Origin: an uncultured Eubacteriales bacterium
GTDB lineage: Bacteria > Bacillota > Clostridia > Oscillospirales > CAG-272
Direction: 5' to 3'
Length of the DNA stretch: 64,000 bases
NCBI GenBank assembly: GCA_910586545.1
Contig: CAJUIQ010000007.1
Span: 3,895 to 67,894, forward strand
The position numbers and the translations under genes are program-made. Under the pieces are notes generated by a model. That model had not been told where the DNA came from. It saw only the letters and a list, made by a program, of their open reading frames with translations, and ran no database searches. Below are positions 45,793-55,199 of the stretch, piece by piece. Every line of letters starts with the position of its first letter. Position 1 is the first letter of the stretch.

Positions 45793-46290
45793 TTATATCT
45801 TCATTTCGGCTTTATCGCATAGTTCTTCGAGCGAGTCAACGGTATGTCCGCATTCTTTTCGATAATTTATGTGCAGTCTTGTAGCGTGTATTGCCTTGCG
45901 CAATCCTTCTGTGCCGTATTCATGAAAAATATTGTCAAAATATTTTTGTATTGCTTTGGCGCTGATTGCTCTTTTATAAATCGTTCCATCCAGCATTGCG
46001 CTCACTGCATATAGATATATAATACAGGAATTGCGATTCATTTGCGTTTTTTTTGCAATATTGGCAGCAAGCGTGTTTGCATTTTCGCCATTATGCATCT
46101 TTTTGCCATATTGATAGCAAATTTCTAACATTTCATTTGTCATTTTCTTATATGAAATTTCTTTTTCATAAGATATTTCATCGTTGCTAGATACTGATTT
46201 TTTGTCTTGTTCTTGCTTTAATAGGGCCATTTCGTCTTCTAATTTTTGAATTCGACTTAAAAGTTCTAAAATAATGGTTTCGTATTGCAT
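45793..46290 (-). CDS. Hypothetical protein (N-terminal coiled coil, AT-rich gene)
   Basis: 165-aa ORF with its own TTGACA-17-TATTAT promoter (minus strand, ~46330-46360). No recognisable motif. Confidence 0.5.
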   Translation of the reverse strand: MQYETIILELLSRIQKLEDEMALLKQEQDKKSVSSNDEISYEKEISYKKMTNEMLEICYQYGKKMHNGENANTLAANIAKKTQMNRNSCIIYLYAVSAMLDGTIYKRAISAKAIQKYFDNIFHEYGTEGLRKAIHATRLHINYRKECGHTVDSLEELCDKAEMKI

Positions 46291-46391
46291 AATTCACCTA
46301 TTTGTTTTTGCACTAAATGTAATTCTATAAATACATAATACGATATTTGTTTGAATTTGTCAATAGAAAATTTTAATAAATTTCATTGAGT

Positions 46392-46424
46392 GAAAAAAGG
46401 CGCCGCGTAAGCGGCGCCTTTTCC
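46392..46424 (-). terminator. Terminator of the 46498-47142 gene
   Basis: Minus strand reads GGAAAAGGCGCCGC-ttac-GCGGCGCCTTTTTT. Confidence 0.8.
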
Positions 46425-46497
46425 TATAAAGTATTTCATTATCTAAATTTCTTCTGCGGCCGTATTCTAGCATATACACTCATGCGACCTGTCGCAA

Positions 46498-47142
46498 TCA
46501 AATACAGTTATCGGAAGATTTATCTCTCTCTTGTACGTACTCCTCCCACGCCTGCGCTGCTTCTTCTGCCGACTCCTTTAAAAATTGCAGGAATGGCGCA
46601 GCTTCTCCGCCGGGATTGGCGTTTTCCGTGACCTCTCCGATCAGGTCGTAAAACTCTAAGGCATGTACAATAATCGGAATGGCACCAAATTTTTCTTTAA
46701 TTTTACCTTCTATTTGCAGACGCCTAGCTACATTGGACACAGCACATAGCAATTCGTAATAGCCAACCGGACCTTTTCCAATATAATTCATATTTTCATC
46801 GTACATATCTTCACAATTCTCGTATCCGATATTTTCTAACCCCAGTTCTTTGTACCATGCAAATAATGCCTGCATCCCCGCATTTCCATCCTCTGGACTG
46901 ATAATATACGTTTCATTCTGCCTGCATAGCGGTAAATTCCATCTTTCTTCACTGAAAGGAGCTGCGTGTCCGCATCCCTCTTCTGTACAATAGGAAATAC
47001 AAAACTCAGAAACATTTGAAATTTCGTTATAGCAATACGCTTCATTGCAGTATACAAAAAATGAAATTGCATATATGTCCTTTTCATTCCAGCTTTGTAT
47101 TACTGGCAGTACTCTGTCATACAAATACGTTTCAAAATCCAT
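46498..47142 (-). CDS. Hypothetical cytoplasmic protein, possibly DUF4303-like (immunity-protein-like)
   Basis: 214 aa, acidic. N-terminal W..KDIYAISFFVY pattern. The family call is from memory and tentative. Confidence 0.4.
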   Translation of the reverse strand: MDFETYLYDRVLPVIQSWNEKDIYAISFFVYCNEAYCYNEISNVSEFCISYCTEEGCGHAAPFSEERWNLPLCRQNETYIISPEDGNAGMQALFAWYKELGLENIGYENCEDMYDENMNYIGKGPVGYYELLCAVSNVARRLQIEGKIKEKFGAIPIIVHALEFYDLIGEVTENANPGGEAAPFLQFLKESAEEAAQAWEEYVQERDKSSDNCI

Positions 47143-47354
47143 CGCTGTTTCTCCTTTTTATTCCTATATTTGTTGCTGCAGCATATACTATATCCTAGCG
47201 TCTATTCTTATAGTACACTACACTTTAATATTTGTCAACTGCAAAAAACAACCGGTTCGTTATATCATGCGCGAACGTCGCACCATATTGCTTCACCAAC
47301 ATATACTGGAAGTGTGGGGATGTCCACAAAATAATATAAAGTGAGGAAAATAGT

Positions 47355-47645
47355 ATGTGCTGTGGTTTTAACAATGAAGCCAATGAAGCCAGAAATTTTG
47401 TAGAATACAATGACAACGGATGCTCTTGCGGCATCGTAGCTGAGCGCGAGACAGAACGCCGTGGCTGTGGCTGTGGATGCGGCTGGGCCAGAAGCGGTGG
47501 ATGCATGAACCGCTGCAGAGAACGGCGCGAAGAACGCTGCGAAGAAAGACGCGAACGGGAATGCGGAGAACGGGAAGCGCGGAATCGCTCCTGCTGCGAC
47601 TCCTGCTTTTGCAGAGGTATACGCCGGGTATTCGGCTGCAGATAA
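47355..47645 (+). CDS. Small Cys/Arg/Glu-rich protein (16 Cys in 96 aa), function unknown
   Basis: GAGGAAA SD 6-7 nt upstream of the ATG, hairpin terminator GCAGAGCG-gaaa-CGCTCTGC just after the stop, CGCGCG and CC.SC.C clusters. Confidence 0.55.
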   Translation: MCCGFNNEANEARNFVEYNDNGCSCGIVAERETERRGCGCGCGWARSGGCMNRCRERREERCEERRERECGEREARNRSCCDSCFCRGIRRVFGCR

Positions 47646-47837
47646 ATAGAACGCATGCAGAGCGGAAACGCTCTGCTACATATAAAAATTTCTGTTTATA
47701 AAAAACTTCAATTTTGAATCGAATTTTTCTATAAACAGAAATCGAATTTTCAGAGAATATTTATGCGTCCGCTGGACATACTAACCCCAACAGGCGTGGC
47801 AAGCCATGCCAAATTTTGAAAATGAGGTATCGATGGT

Positions 47838-48026
47838 ATGAACGCAACAATAGATCGGGATGGCTGTATTGGCTGCGGCCTTTGCCCGGATATATGCCCG
47901 GAAGTGTTTCGTATCGCGGACGATGGTCTTGCGGAAGCGTACGGAGAAGTAACGGCGGACAATGTAGACAACGCAAAGCGAGCGGAGAATAGCTGCCCAG
48001 TATCCGTTATTACCGTAGAAGAATGA
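47838..48026 (+). CDS. Small ferredoxin (single [4Fe-4S]/[3Fe-4S] cluster type)
   Basis: CIGCGLCPDICP plus a distal CP (NSCPVSVI); 62 aa. Confidence 0.85.
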   Translation: MNATIDRDGCIGCGLCPDICPEVFRIADDGLAEAYGEVTADNVDNAKRAENSCPVSVITVEE

Positions 48027-48061
48027 AAAAAGCCATCCCTATTGGGATGGCTTTTTCTTTT
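48025..48061 (+). terminator. Terminator after the ferredoxin gene
   Basis: AAAAAAGCCATCCC-tatt-GGGATGGCTTTTTCTTTT. Confidence 0.85.
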
Positions 48062-48278
48062 AAAATCATGTTCTGCAAACTATCGAACGAATTTCATATG
48101 GACTTTCTCTGCCACAGCACGTCGCCGTCTTCCACCAGCGCGCACCGAAAGGGAGAAAGCTTTGCCTTTTTATAGATTGTATTCATATGTTTTACCATAC
48201 CCTTTCTAAAAAATCATCTGTTTTTACACAACAGCATATGGTAAAGAAATTCTCTCCCCCTAAAAAGGCGCGCAAATA

Positions 48279-48307
48279 TTGACTTTGTCCGTCTCTTCCC
48301 ATATAAT
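48279..48307 (+). promoter_or_regulatory. Promoter of the DUF2961 gene
   Basis: TTGACT-17 nt-TATAAT. Confidence 0.55.
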
Positions 48308-48343
48308 GGGAGATATGAAAACCAATATGTTGGGAGAACAAAC

Positions 48344-50167
48344 ATGCGAGACTATTTCGATCTAAAAAACCTTCCTATCCTGGAACCGCACAGACGTACC
48401 CTCCAGGTATCCAGTTTTGACCGCAAAGCGGATAATGCAGACTTTGGCCAGTTCCTGTATCAGAACGCAGACGGTTCAATGGTTCTGTTTGATGAAATGG
48501 GCAAAGGCTGCATCAAAAGTATTTGGGCCACCAATGCTACAGAAGAAACTACACTTTGTTTTTACTTTGATGGCAATACGACGCCCCGGTACACTACTTC
48601 ATTGAGAGGGCTGTTTACTGGCGACGTACCGGAGTTGACCGGTACAGGCAATACTTTTGAGGAACGGGGACATTACGACGAATCAGACTGCCGTGTGGGA
48701 AACTGCTTTATTTCCATTCCCTATACAAACGGCCTGAAAATCACTGCCACAGGCAAGCTGGATAATATTTACTACCACATCATGTATGAAAAATATACGG
48801 ATGATGTAGATATGACTGACGCAGATAAACAGAGCGATGCCTATTATCAGGCGTTTGATGAAAACGCTTGCATAGAGTCGGCGTATACCTTTGAAAAAAA
48901 GTTGGAGCTCTCCAGCGGGTATACCAACGCCTGCATACTGAACCAATCGGGTGTGATCACCGCGTTTACGGTGCGCGTACCCAAAGACACGGATTTGAGT
49001 CAGATTCAGCTGGATATTGCCTGGGATGGGGAACTGATTTCTCAGGTAGCCGCACCTCTGCTATACATGTTTGCCCAGCCTTTCGGATTTGCTGAAATCC
49101 GTTCCCATGCTGTGCATGTGCATATGGAAAATGATGAGATTGTTATGTCCATGTATATGCCTATGCCGTTCTGGAAAGAGGCCAACATCACGCTTGTCAA
49201 TCTGTCTGAAACGCCGGTGGAATTGACCCTTCAAATGACGGTTGAAGAAAATCTGTATATCGAAAACGAAACAGGGTATTTTCACGCAGATTTTCGTAAG
49301 GGCCTTACGGAACTGTTTGAAGACTGGCTGATCGGATCGTTTTTTGGACGCGGACAAATCGTAGGGATCATACAAACCTGTCACGGAGGACAGTACTGCG
49401 AGGGCAACGAGCACTTTTATATAAATGGAGCGCGTACCCCACAGATCAATGGTACCGGTACGGAGGACTTTTATTTGGGATGCTACTGGCCCAATATGAA
49501 ATACGATTCTCCCTGCGCGGGCTGTATCAACGATGTGTATTTGATGAACGATTCTACTTTAAAAGGATCTTTTAAATATCCAGCTGGGTATTATCGCTTC
49601 CTTCACGATATGCCGATTCGCTTTATGGACGGAATTCGTCTGGAAATCCAGCACGGCGCGGTGGGCCAAACCTATTCTGACTATTCCAGCGTGTGTCTGT
49701 CTTATCGGCGTCCTGACAGTCTTTTCACGCAGACAGATTTTCTTTATGTTGGAAGCGAGGCATCCCGCGTACAGCATAGCTATACGGCAGAAGGCGCTTC
49801 TCCTGCCTCTCTTACCGCTAAGATAGAAGCGCAACGCAAAGCCCCTGTGCTGCAAAAAGACGGACTGCTTCACAGCAAAGGTAAAATTCGATTTGCTGTG
49901 GCCATTCAGCCGGATAATGATGGGGTTTGCCTGCGCCGGTTGTACGACCAAACCCACTCTCCCCAACGAGGAATTGTATATGCTGACGGCGTGCGGGTAG
50001 GAGACTGGTATACTCCCGGATACAATGAGGCCACCGCTTTTGCAGATCATGATTTTTATATCCCTGCATCTATTACGGCAGGCAAAAAAACTCTGCAAAT
50101 TGAAATTGATGTGCCAAGTAAATATTCCGATTTTGAATATACCGTATACACCATACGGAAAGTATAA
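48344..50167 (+). CDS. DUF2961 / GH172-like glycoside hydrolase, cytoplasmic
   Basis: N-terminal SSFDRKADNADF and a central GTGTEDFY motif characteristic of DUF2961 (from memory); ~600 aa with an extra C-terminal beta-rich domain. Confidence 0.7.
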   Translation: MRDYFDLKNLPILEPHRRTLQVSSFDRKADNADFGQFLYQNADGSMVLFDEMGKGCIKSIWATNATEETTLCFYFDGNTTPRYTTSLRGLFTGDVPELTGTGNTFEERGHYDESDCRVGNCFISIPYTNGLKITATGKLDNIYYHIMYEKYTDDVDMTDADKQSDAYYQAFDENACIESAYTFEKKLELSSGYTNACILNQSGVITAFTVRVPKDTDLSQIQLDIAWDGELISQVAAPLLYMFAQPFGFAEIRSHAVHVHMENDEIVMSMYMPMPFWKEANITLVNLSETPVELTLQMTVEENLYIENETGYFHADFRKGLTELFEDWLIGSFFGRGQIVGIIQTCHGGQYCEGNEHFYINGARTPQINGTGTEDFYLGCYWPNMKYDSPCAGCINDVYLMNDSTLKGSFKYPAGYYRFLHDMPIRFMDGIRLEIQHGAVGQTYSDYSSVCLSYRRPDSLFTQTDFLYVGSEASRVQHSYTAEGASPASLTAKIEAQRKAPVLQKDGLLHSKGKIRFAVAIQPDNDGVCLRRLYDQTHSPQRGIVYADGVRVGDWYTPGYNEATAFADHDFYIPASITAGKKTLQIEIDVPSKYSDFEYTVYTIRKV

Positions 50168-50258
50168 AAGAGAGCGAAATTTGTCGGCATTTCTTATGAA
50201 AAAATCCTATTGACAAAAAAGGATTTTCAGGCTAAGCTATATATAGAATGAATACAAC

Positions 50259-50372
50259 GCTTTTTATTACTGACGGACAGCGGTACAGCCGCTGGTGGAG
50301 TTTACCACATGAAGTAAAAAGCGCAGCGCCGACCGTCTGGGCAGTCTCACAATGAGGCTGCCCTTTTTGTTG
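50259..50372 (+). promoter_or_regulatory. ZTP (pfl-motif) riboswitch with an intrinsic-terminator expression platform
   Basis: P1 GCTTTTTA..AC (50259-50270) pairs with GTAAAAAGC (50314-50322). GGTGG-agttta-CCAC hairpin. Conserved 3' element CCGTCTGGGC (50333-50342), whose CCGTC can pair with GACGG (50272-50276). The GGGCAG of that element is also the 5' arm of terminator GGGCAG...CTGCCCTTTTT (50339-50368). Confidence 0.65.
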
Positions 50373-50395
50373 CTGCAAATCAAAGGAGGAACCAT

Positions 50396-52618
50396 ATGGC
50401 TGTAGATTTCAAAGAAGGAAGTTGGATGAAAAACATCGATGTACGGGATTTTATCCAAAAGAATTACACTCCCTACACAGGAGATGGGGCCTTTCTAGCC
50501 GCGCCTACAGAAAGAACAATGCGCCTGCGAGAAAAATTGGACGCCTTGCTTACCTTAGAACGAGAACGGGGTGGGGTGCTGGATGTGGAAACCCAGACGG
50601 TATCCTCTCTGCTCAACTACGCACCCGGTTATCTGGACAGGGAAGACGAACTGATCGTTGGACTGCAGACAGACGCGCCTCTGCGGAGAGGCGTCAATCC
50701 TTTCGGCGGCATCAAAATGGCCAGAGAAGCCTGCGCCGCATACGGATATACGCTTTCTGACAAAGTGGAGGATGAGTTCCAATACAGAACTACCCACAAC
50801 GACGGCGTATACCGGGTATACACGGAAGAAATGCGAAATGTCAGACGGTGCGGTATTATCACAGGTCTGCCCGACGCTTACGGCAGAGGCAGAATCATTG
50901 GAGACTACAGAAGAGTGGCGTTGTACGGTATCGACAAATTAATCGAAGAAAAAAAGAAGGATAAAGCCGCTATCGGACAGGGCGAAATGAACGTGGAGTG
51001 TATCCGCCTTAGTGAAGAATTGTTCCAGCAGATCCGCTTTTTGGGATATTTGAAGGAAATGGCCGCTATGTATGGGTATGATATTTCCGGCCCTGCGCAA
51101 AACGCCAGGGAGGCGGTGCAGTGGGTATATTTTGGATATTTGGGCGCCATTAAGGAGCAAAACGGAGCCGCTATGAGCCTGGGGCGCGTATCCACGTTTT
51201 TGGACATTTATATCCAGCGGGATATACAGGAAGGTATTCTTACGGAAGCAGGCGCCCAGGAATTGATTGACCAGTTTGTAATGAAGCTGCGGATGGCTCG
51301 TCATCTGCGCACTCCAGCATACAACGAGCTTTTTGGAGGCGATCCTATGTGGATTACCGAAGCGGTCGGCGGAATGGGAGAGGACGGCAGAACACTGGTT
51401 ACAAAAACTTCCTTCCGGATTTTACATACGCTGCGTAATTTGGGCGCTGCTCCGGAACCGAATCTTACAATTTTGTGGTCCCGACAGCTGCCGGAACCGT
51501 TTAAAAAATACTGTGCTTCTGTTTCTACAGATACCTGTGCGATCCAATATGAAAACGACGATTTGATGCGTCCCTATTACGGCGACGATTACGCAATCGC
51601 CTGCTGTGTTTCCGCTATGCGCGTAGGGAAGGATATGCAGTTTTTCGGCGCCAGGGCTAACCTGGCAAAGCTGTTGCTGCTGGCGCTCAATGGCGGACGG
51701 GACGAAATAAAAAATATTCAAATGGGTCCGGAGATGGAACCGTATCCGGATGAGATTTTGGACTATGACGCTGTATGTGCCCGCTTGGATATATATCGGG
51801 ACTGGCTGGCGGGAACATATGCCAACACCATGAATGTGATCCATTATATGCATGATAAATATGCCTATGAAAAGACGCAGATGGCGCTCCATGATACCCA
51901 GGTGCACCGGTATATGGCATTTGGCGCAGCCGGTCTTAGCGTTCTGGCAGATTCTTTGTCCGCTATTAAATATGCCCGGGTAAAATGCATCCGGGATCCG
52001 GAAACCGGCCTGATTAGAGATTTTGCGGTTGAAGGAGAATATCCGGCATACGGTAACGACGATGATCGGGTGGATACCATTGCCGCCTCCCAAATGGAGC
52101 AATTTTACCGGGCTCTTTGCAGACATCCCTTGTATAAGGACGCAGAGCATACCCTATCTGTTTTGACCATCACGTCAAATGTGGTATATGGTAAAAAAAC
52201 AGGATCCACTCCGGATGGCAGAAAGGCTGGAGAGGCCTTTGCACCGGGTGCAAATCCTATGCATGGAAGAGAGAAAAACGGGGCTCTTGCCGCCTTGAAC
52301 TCTGTGGCAAAAATTCCCTATCAGTATTGTAAGGACGGAATTTCCAACACATTTTCCATCATTCCGGACGCCCTTGGGAAAACCCGTGAGGAGCGCCATG
52401 CAAACCTGTGTGCTATGCTGGACGGATATTTTGCCCAGGGCGCCCACCATCTGAATGTAAATGTGCTGAATCGTGAAATGCTGGAGGAGGCATACAATGA
52501 TCCGGAAAAATACCCCAATTTGACGATTCGCGTCTCCGGTTATGCGGTAAATTTCCACAAGCTGAGCAGGGAACAGCAGAGGGAGGTCATTCGCCGTACC
52601 TTCCACAATGCGATCTAA
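50396..52618 (+). CDS. pflB: Formate C-acetyltransferase (pyruvate formate-lyase)
   Basis: Active-site CC (IACCVSAM), glycyl-radical motif RVSGYAV, 740 aa. Confidence 0.97.
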   Translation: MAVDFKEGSWMKNIDVRDFIQKNYTPYTGDGAFLAAPTERTMRLREKLDALLTLERERGGVLDVETQTVSSLLNYAPGYLDREDELIVGLQTDAPLRRGVNPFGGIKMAREACAAYGYTLSDKVEDEFQYRTTHNDGVYRVYTEEMRNVRRCGIITGLPDAYGRGRIIGDYRRVALYGIDKLIEEKKKDKAAIGQGEMNVECIRLSEELFQQIRFLGYLKEMAAMYGYDISGPAQNAREAVQWVYFGYLGAIKEQNGAAMSLGRVSTFLDIYIQRDIQEGILTEAGAQELIDQFVMKLRMARHLRTPAYNELFGGDPMWITEAVGGMGEDGRTLVTKTSFRILHTLRNLGAAPEPNLTILWSRQLPEPFKKYCASVSTDTCAIQYENDDLMRPYYGDDYAIACCVSAMRVGKDMQFFGARANLAKLLLLALNGGRDEIKNIQMGPEMEPYPDEILDYDAVCARLDIYRDWLAGTYANTMNVIHYMHDKYAYEKTQMALHDTQVHRYMAFGAAGLSVLADSLSAIKYARVKCIRDPETGLIRDFAVEGEYPAYGNDDDRVDTIAASQMEQFYRALCRHPLYKDAEHTLSVLTITSNVVYGKKTGSTPDGRKAGEAFAPGANPMHGREKNGALAALNSVAKIPYQYCKDGISNTFSIIPDALGKTREERHANLCAMLDGYFAQGAHHLNVNVLNREMLEEAYNDPEKYPNLTIRVSGYAVNFHKLSREQQREVIRRTFHNAI

Positions 52619-52628
52619 GGAGCGGGAT

Positions 52629-53339
52629 ATGCAAGGAAGAGTGAATGCATTCCAAACCCTCGGAACTTTAGAAGGCCCGGGCATTCGATTTGTAGTCTTT
52701 TTTCAAGGTTGTCCGCTGCGTTGTGCCTATTGCCACAACCCGGAAACCTGGGACACGTCTGGCGGAACGCTGTATACACCAGAGCAGGTTTTAGAAAAAG
52801 CGCTCCGGTATAAGTCTTATTTTGGAGAGAATGGCGGAATTACTTTGTCCGGCGGCGAGCCCTTGCTGCAAAGTGCTTTTGCGGCAGAGCTGTTACGTAA
52901 GGCAAAAGCGGCGGGGCTCCACACTGCCATTTGCACTGCCGGCACATCCGATTTGGATGGAGCACGAGCTGTGCTAGCGTGCACTGACCTTGTCATTGCG
53001 GATTTGAAATTTACAACGGAAGAAGAATATTATCGATACTGTGGTGGAAATTTAAAACGCGTGCTGAACTTTCTGCACCTAACACAGCAAATGGAGATTC
53101 CGCTTTGGATTCGACAGGTAATCGTCCCCACGATCAACGATACGCCTGCCAGCGTGGCGGCTTTGCAAAAAATGGCCGCCCGCTTCTCCAATTTGGAAAA
53201 GCTTGAGCTGCTTCCTTTTCGAAAGCTATGTCTGGAAAAGTATGACACGCTGAATATTCCTTTTCCCCTGCGGTCGACCCCAGAGGCGGACTACGCTGTA
53301 ATGCATCCGCTTTGGGACGTATTAGACAAATGCAAATAA
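52629..53339 (+). CDS. pflA: Pyruvate formate-lyase activating enzyme (radical SAM)
   Basis: GPGIRFVVFFQGCPLRCAYCHN (CxxxCxxC). Start at MQGRVN with an AAGGAG SD. Confidence 0.93.
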   Translation: MQGRVNAFQTLGTLEGPGIRFVVFFQGCPLRCAYCHNPETWDTSGGTLYTPEQVLEKALRYKSYFGENGGITLSGGEPLLQSAFAAELLRKAKAAGLHTAICTAGTSDLDGARAVLACTDLVIADLKFTTEEEYYRYCGGNLKRVLNFLHLTQQMEIPLWIRQVIVPTINDTPASVAALQKMAARFSNLEKLELLPFRKLCLEKYDTLNIPFPLRSTPEADYAVMHPLWDVLDKCK

Positions 53340-53370
53340 AAAGCCGCCGGTTTATACCGGCGGCTTTTTG
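53337..53370. terminator. Bidirectional terminator
   Basis: AAAAAGCCGCCGG-tttata-CCGGCGGCTTTTTG. Confidence 0.85.
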
Positions 53371-53378
53371 GGATATAA

Positions 53379-53747
53379 TTATTTATATTCCTTCTCAGCT
53401 AAAACTTTTCCATCTGCGTCTGCAATTCTAATAAAGATAGATTCGCAGGAGGATACTTCTGCCTGTACAGCAGTAAGAATTGCTTCAGAAGAAGAATCCA
53501 ACAGATCCAAAGTGCTCTTTGCAACTTCTTCGGTCAGATCTAAACCTTCCATATCATATTTGTAGGTGTAAACCAGAGAATTGCCGTCTACAGAGCAATC
53601 CACTGCAAATCCTTCCATTGGAGTTTTGTCCAGTTCGCTCTGCTGTGCTTTCGCATAATTCTCCAGCTCGTTCTTGGAAGAACATCCAACGAATACGGAC
53701 ATGACACAAAGTAAAAGTGCCATTGACAGTACAAAAGCTTTTTTCAT
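53379..53747 (-). CDS. Small lipoprotein of unknown function
   Basis: Signal peptide with lipobox (VFVGC); 122 aa. Confidence 0.65.
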   Translation of the reverse strand: MKKAFVLSMALLLCVMSVFVGCSSKNELENYAKAQQSELDKTPMEGFAVDCSVDGNSLVYTYKYDMEGLDLTEEVAKSTLDLLDSSSEAILTAVQAEVSSCESIFIRIADADGKVLAEKEYK

Positions 53748-53906
53748 AGGTATAAATCCTTTCTGATAAAAATTTTACAAATCTCTCCTTAGAGATATGT
53801 ATTAAAGATCAACTCGTATTATACCACGTTTGTGATTGTATTGCAACCATTTTATGAACATTTGTGTCTAAATTTGCAATTTTCTTTTGTAACGAATGCC
53901 ATTCAT

Positions 53907-54419
53907 TCAGTCTAATACCAGAGACGGTGCGGAGTAAACTCGTGCCTTCAGTTCCTGATCAAGCTGATATAGCCCTTTTGCATCGCTGCCAAATAACTGA
54001 TATTTCTTTATCAAATCTCCTGCGTTTTTTTCTTCCTCCGCCTGCTCTTTTACAAACCAATTGAGAAACTCCATTGCGCGAAAATCGTGAATTTCGTTTG
54101 CAGCGGCAAAAATTGTGTGAATGGATTCGGTAACGGTCTTTTCATGTTCTAGCGTTTTTTGCAGCGGTTCCTCAAAGGAGCGGTAATTTTCTGCTGGCGC
54201 TGCAATAGGCAGCAGCGTAACCTTTTCACCATTGTTCATTAGATAGGTACGCATCAGCATTGCATGATCCCGCTCTTCCTGCGCCTGGATTTCAAACCAA
54301 TTTTGAAATCCCTCCAAGCCTTCATCACCATAGTAGTTGGCCATATCCAAATACAGATAGGCTGAATAAAATTCCTTCATAATCTGCTCATTAAGCAACT
54401 GCTGAACTTTTTTATCCAT
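53907..54419 (-). CDS. ftnA: Non-heme ferritin
   Basis: Ferroxidase-centre residues in EFYSAYLYL...QEERDHA, four-helix-bundle size (170 aa). Confidence 0.88.
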   Translation of the reverse strand: MDKKVQQLLNEQIMKEFYSAYLYLDMANYYGDEGLEGFQNWFEIQAQEERDHAMLMRTYLMNNGEKVTLLPIAAPAENYRSFEEPLQKTLEHEKTVTESIHTIFAAANEIHDFRAMEFLNWFVKEQAEEEKNAGDLIKKYQLFGSDAKGLYQLDQELKARVYSAPSLVLD

Positions 54420-54478
54420 CGTCTTTTCTCCTTACATCAAAATATTTAATTTTATCCTATTATACTGCTTGGTTTATA

Positions 54479-54510
54479 AAAAAACTGTGACATAGTCACA
54501 GTTTTTTTAT
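54479..54510. terminator. Bidirectional terminator
   Basis: AAAAAAACTGTGAC-ata-GTCACAGTTTTTTTA. Confidence 0.8.
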
Positions 54511-55181
54511 CCGTCGGCAACCTCACGCAGCTTTTTTTCATCCAGCAGTTCAATACATCCCCGGGACAATGCGATCCAGCCCTCGTCCCGAAAATATTTC
54601 AGCAAGCGTGTTACTACTTCTCGGGCGCTGCCCAAATCTCTAGCCAGCCACTCGTGGGTAATATGTAATTTTGTTGTATTATCTCCCAGAGCACGATCCA
54701 GCAGAGACCGGGCCAGTCGGCTATCCATACTTTTAAATAAAATTTGCTCCAGTGTCCACATTACATTAGAAAAACGAGAACCCAGCAGTTCGTTTGTATA
54801 GTTGGCCATCAAAGCGGACTGCCGGCACAGCTTATCATACAGGAGAGGAGGAACCACAAAAGCGTGGGTCTCTTCTTCTATCTCCATTTGAATATCAAAC
54901 TGAATATTGCGCATCATACAGGAAGCGGAAAAGAGGCAAATGTCTAACTCGTACAGTCGATATAGCGTAATTTCCCTTCCTGCTTCGGATACTATCAGGG
55001 CACGTATCTGTCCCCTTTGAATGAGCAACAATCCCATACATTGTTTCTGTTCCGTCTGGATTCTCTCTCCTTTGGGAAAATGGCGCAGCTGACAGTGTTC
55101 GGACAGTTCTTCTCTTTGCGCTGGTTCTAACTGATCCCAAAAGGGAAAGAAATCCCGCAGCGCGAATGTCGTCTGACTCAT
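54507..55181 (-). CDS. Crp/Fnr-family transcriptional regulator
   Basis: cNMP-binding-like beta-barrel followed by a C-terminal HTH (ITHEWLARDLGSAREVVTRLLK). Confidence 0.85.
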   Translation of the reverse strand: MSQTTFALRDFFPFWDQLEPAQREELSEHCQLRHFPKGERIQTEQKQCMGLLLIQRGQIRALIVSEAGREITLYRLYELDICLFSASCMMRNIQFDIQMEIEEETHAFVVPPLLYDKLCRQSALMANYTNELLGSRFSNVMWTLEQILFKSMDSRLARSLLDRALGDNTTKLHITHEWLARDLGSAREVVTRLLKYFRDEGWIALSRGCIELLDEKKLREVADG

Positions 55182-55199
55182 AATTCATGCTCCGCGCGA

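Noticed and set aside
44934-47350. Searched by eye for an integrase, a transposase, or a direct repeat of the tRNA-Tyr/tRNA-Thr 3' ends that would delimit a mobile element.
   Set aside because: None was found, so the islet is reported only as compositionally atypical cargo, not as a mobile element.
47250-47354. Possible sporulation-sigma (sigma-E/K-like) promoter, ATATT...CATATACT, upstream of the Cys-rich gene.
   Set aside because: The spacing between the two elements (~10-12 nt) is shorter than the consensus I recall, making the match too weak to claim.
47225-47656. 143-aa ORF antisense to the Cys-rich gene.
   Set aside because: The product is Ser/Arg/Pro/Gln low-complexity sequence with no SD. 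The plus-strand ORF has an SD and a terminator. The choice of strand still needs comparative confirmation.
48094-48186. 30-codon minus-strand ORF (MNTIYKKAKLSPFRCALVEDGDVLWQRKSI) in the gap before the DUF2961 gene.
   Set aside because: It is too short to judge, has only a weak SD-like AAAGGG, and carries no recognisable motif. It could be a gene remnant.
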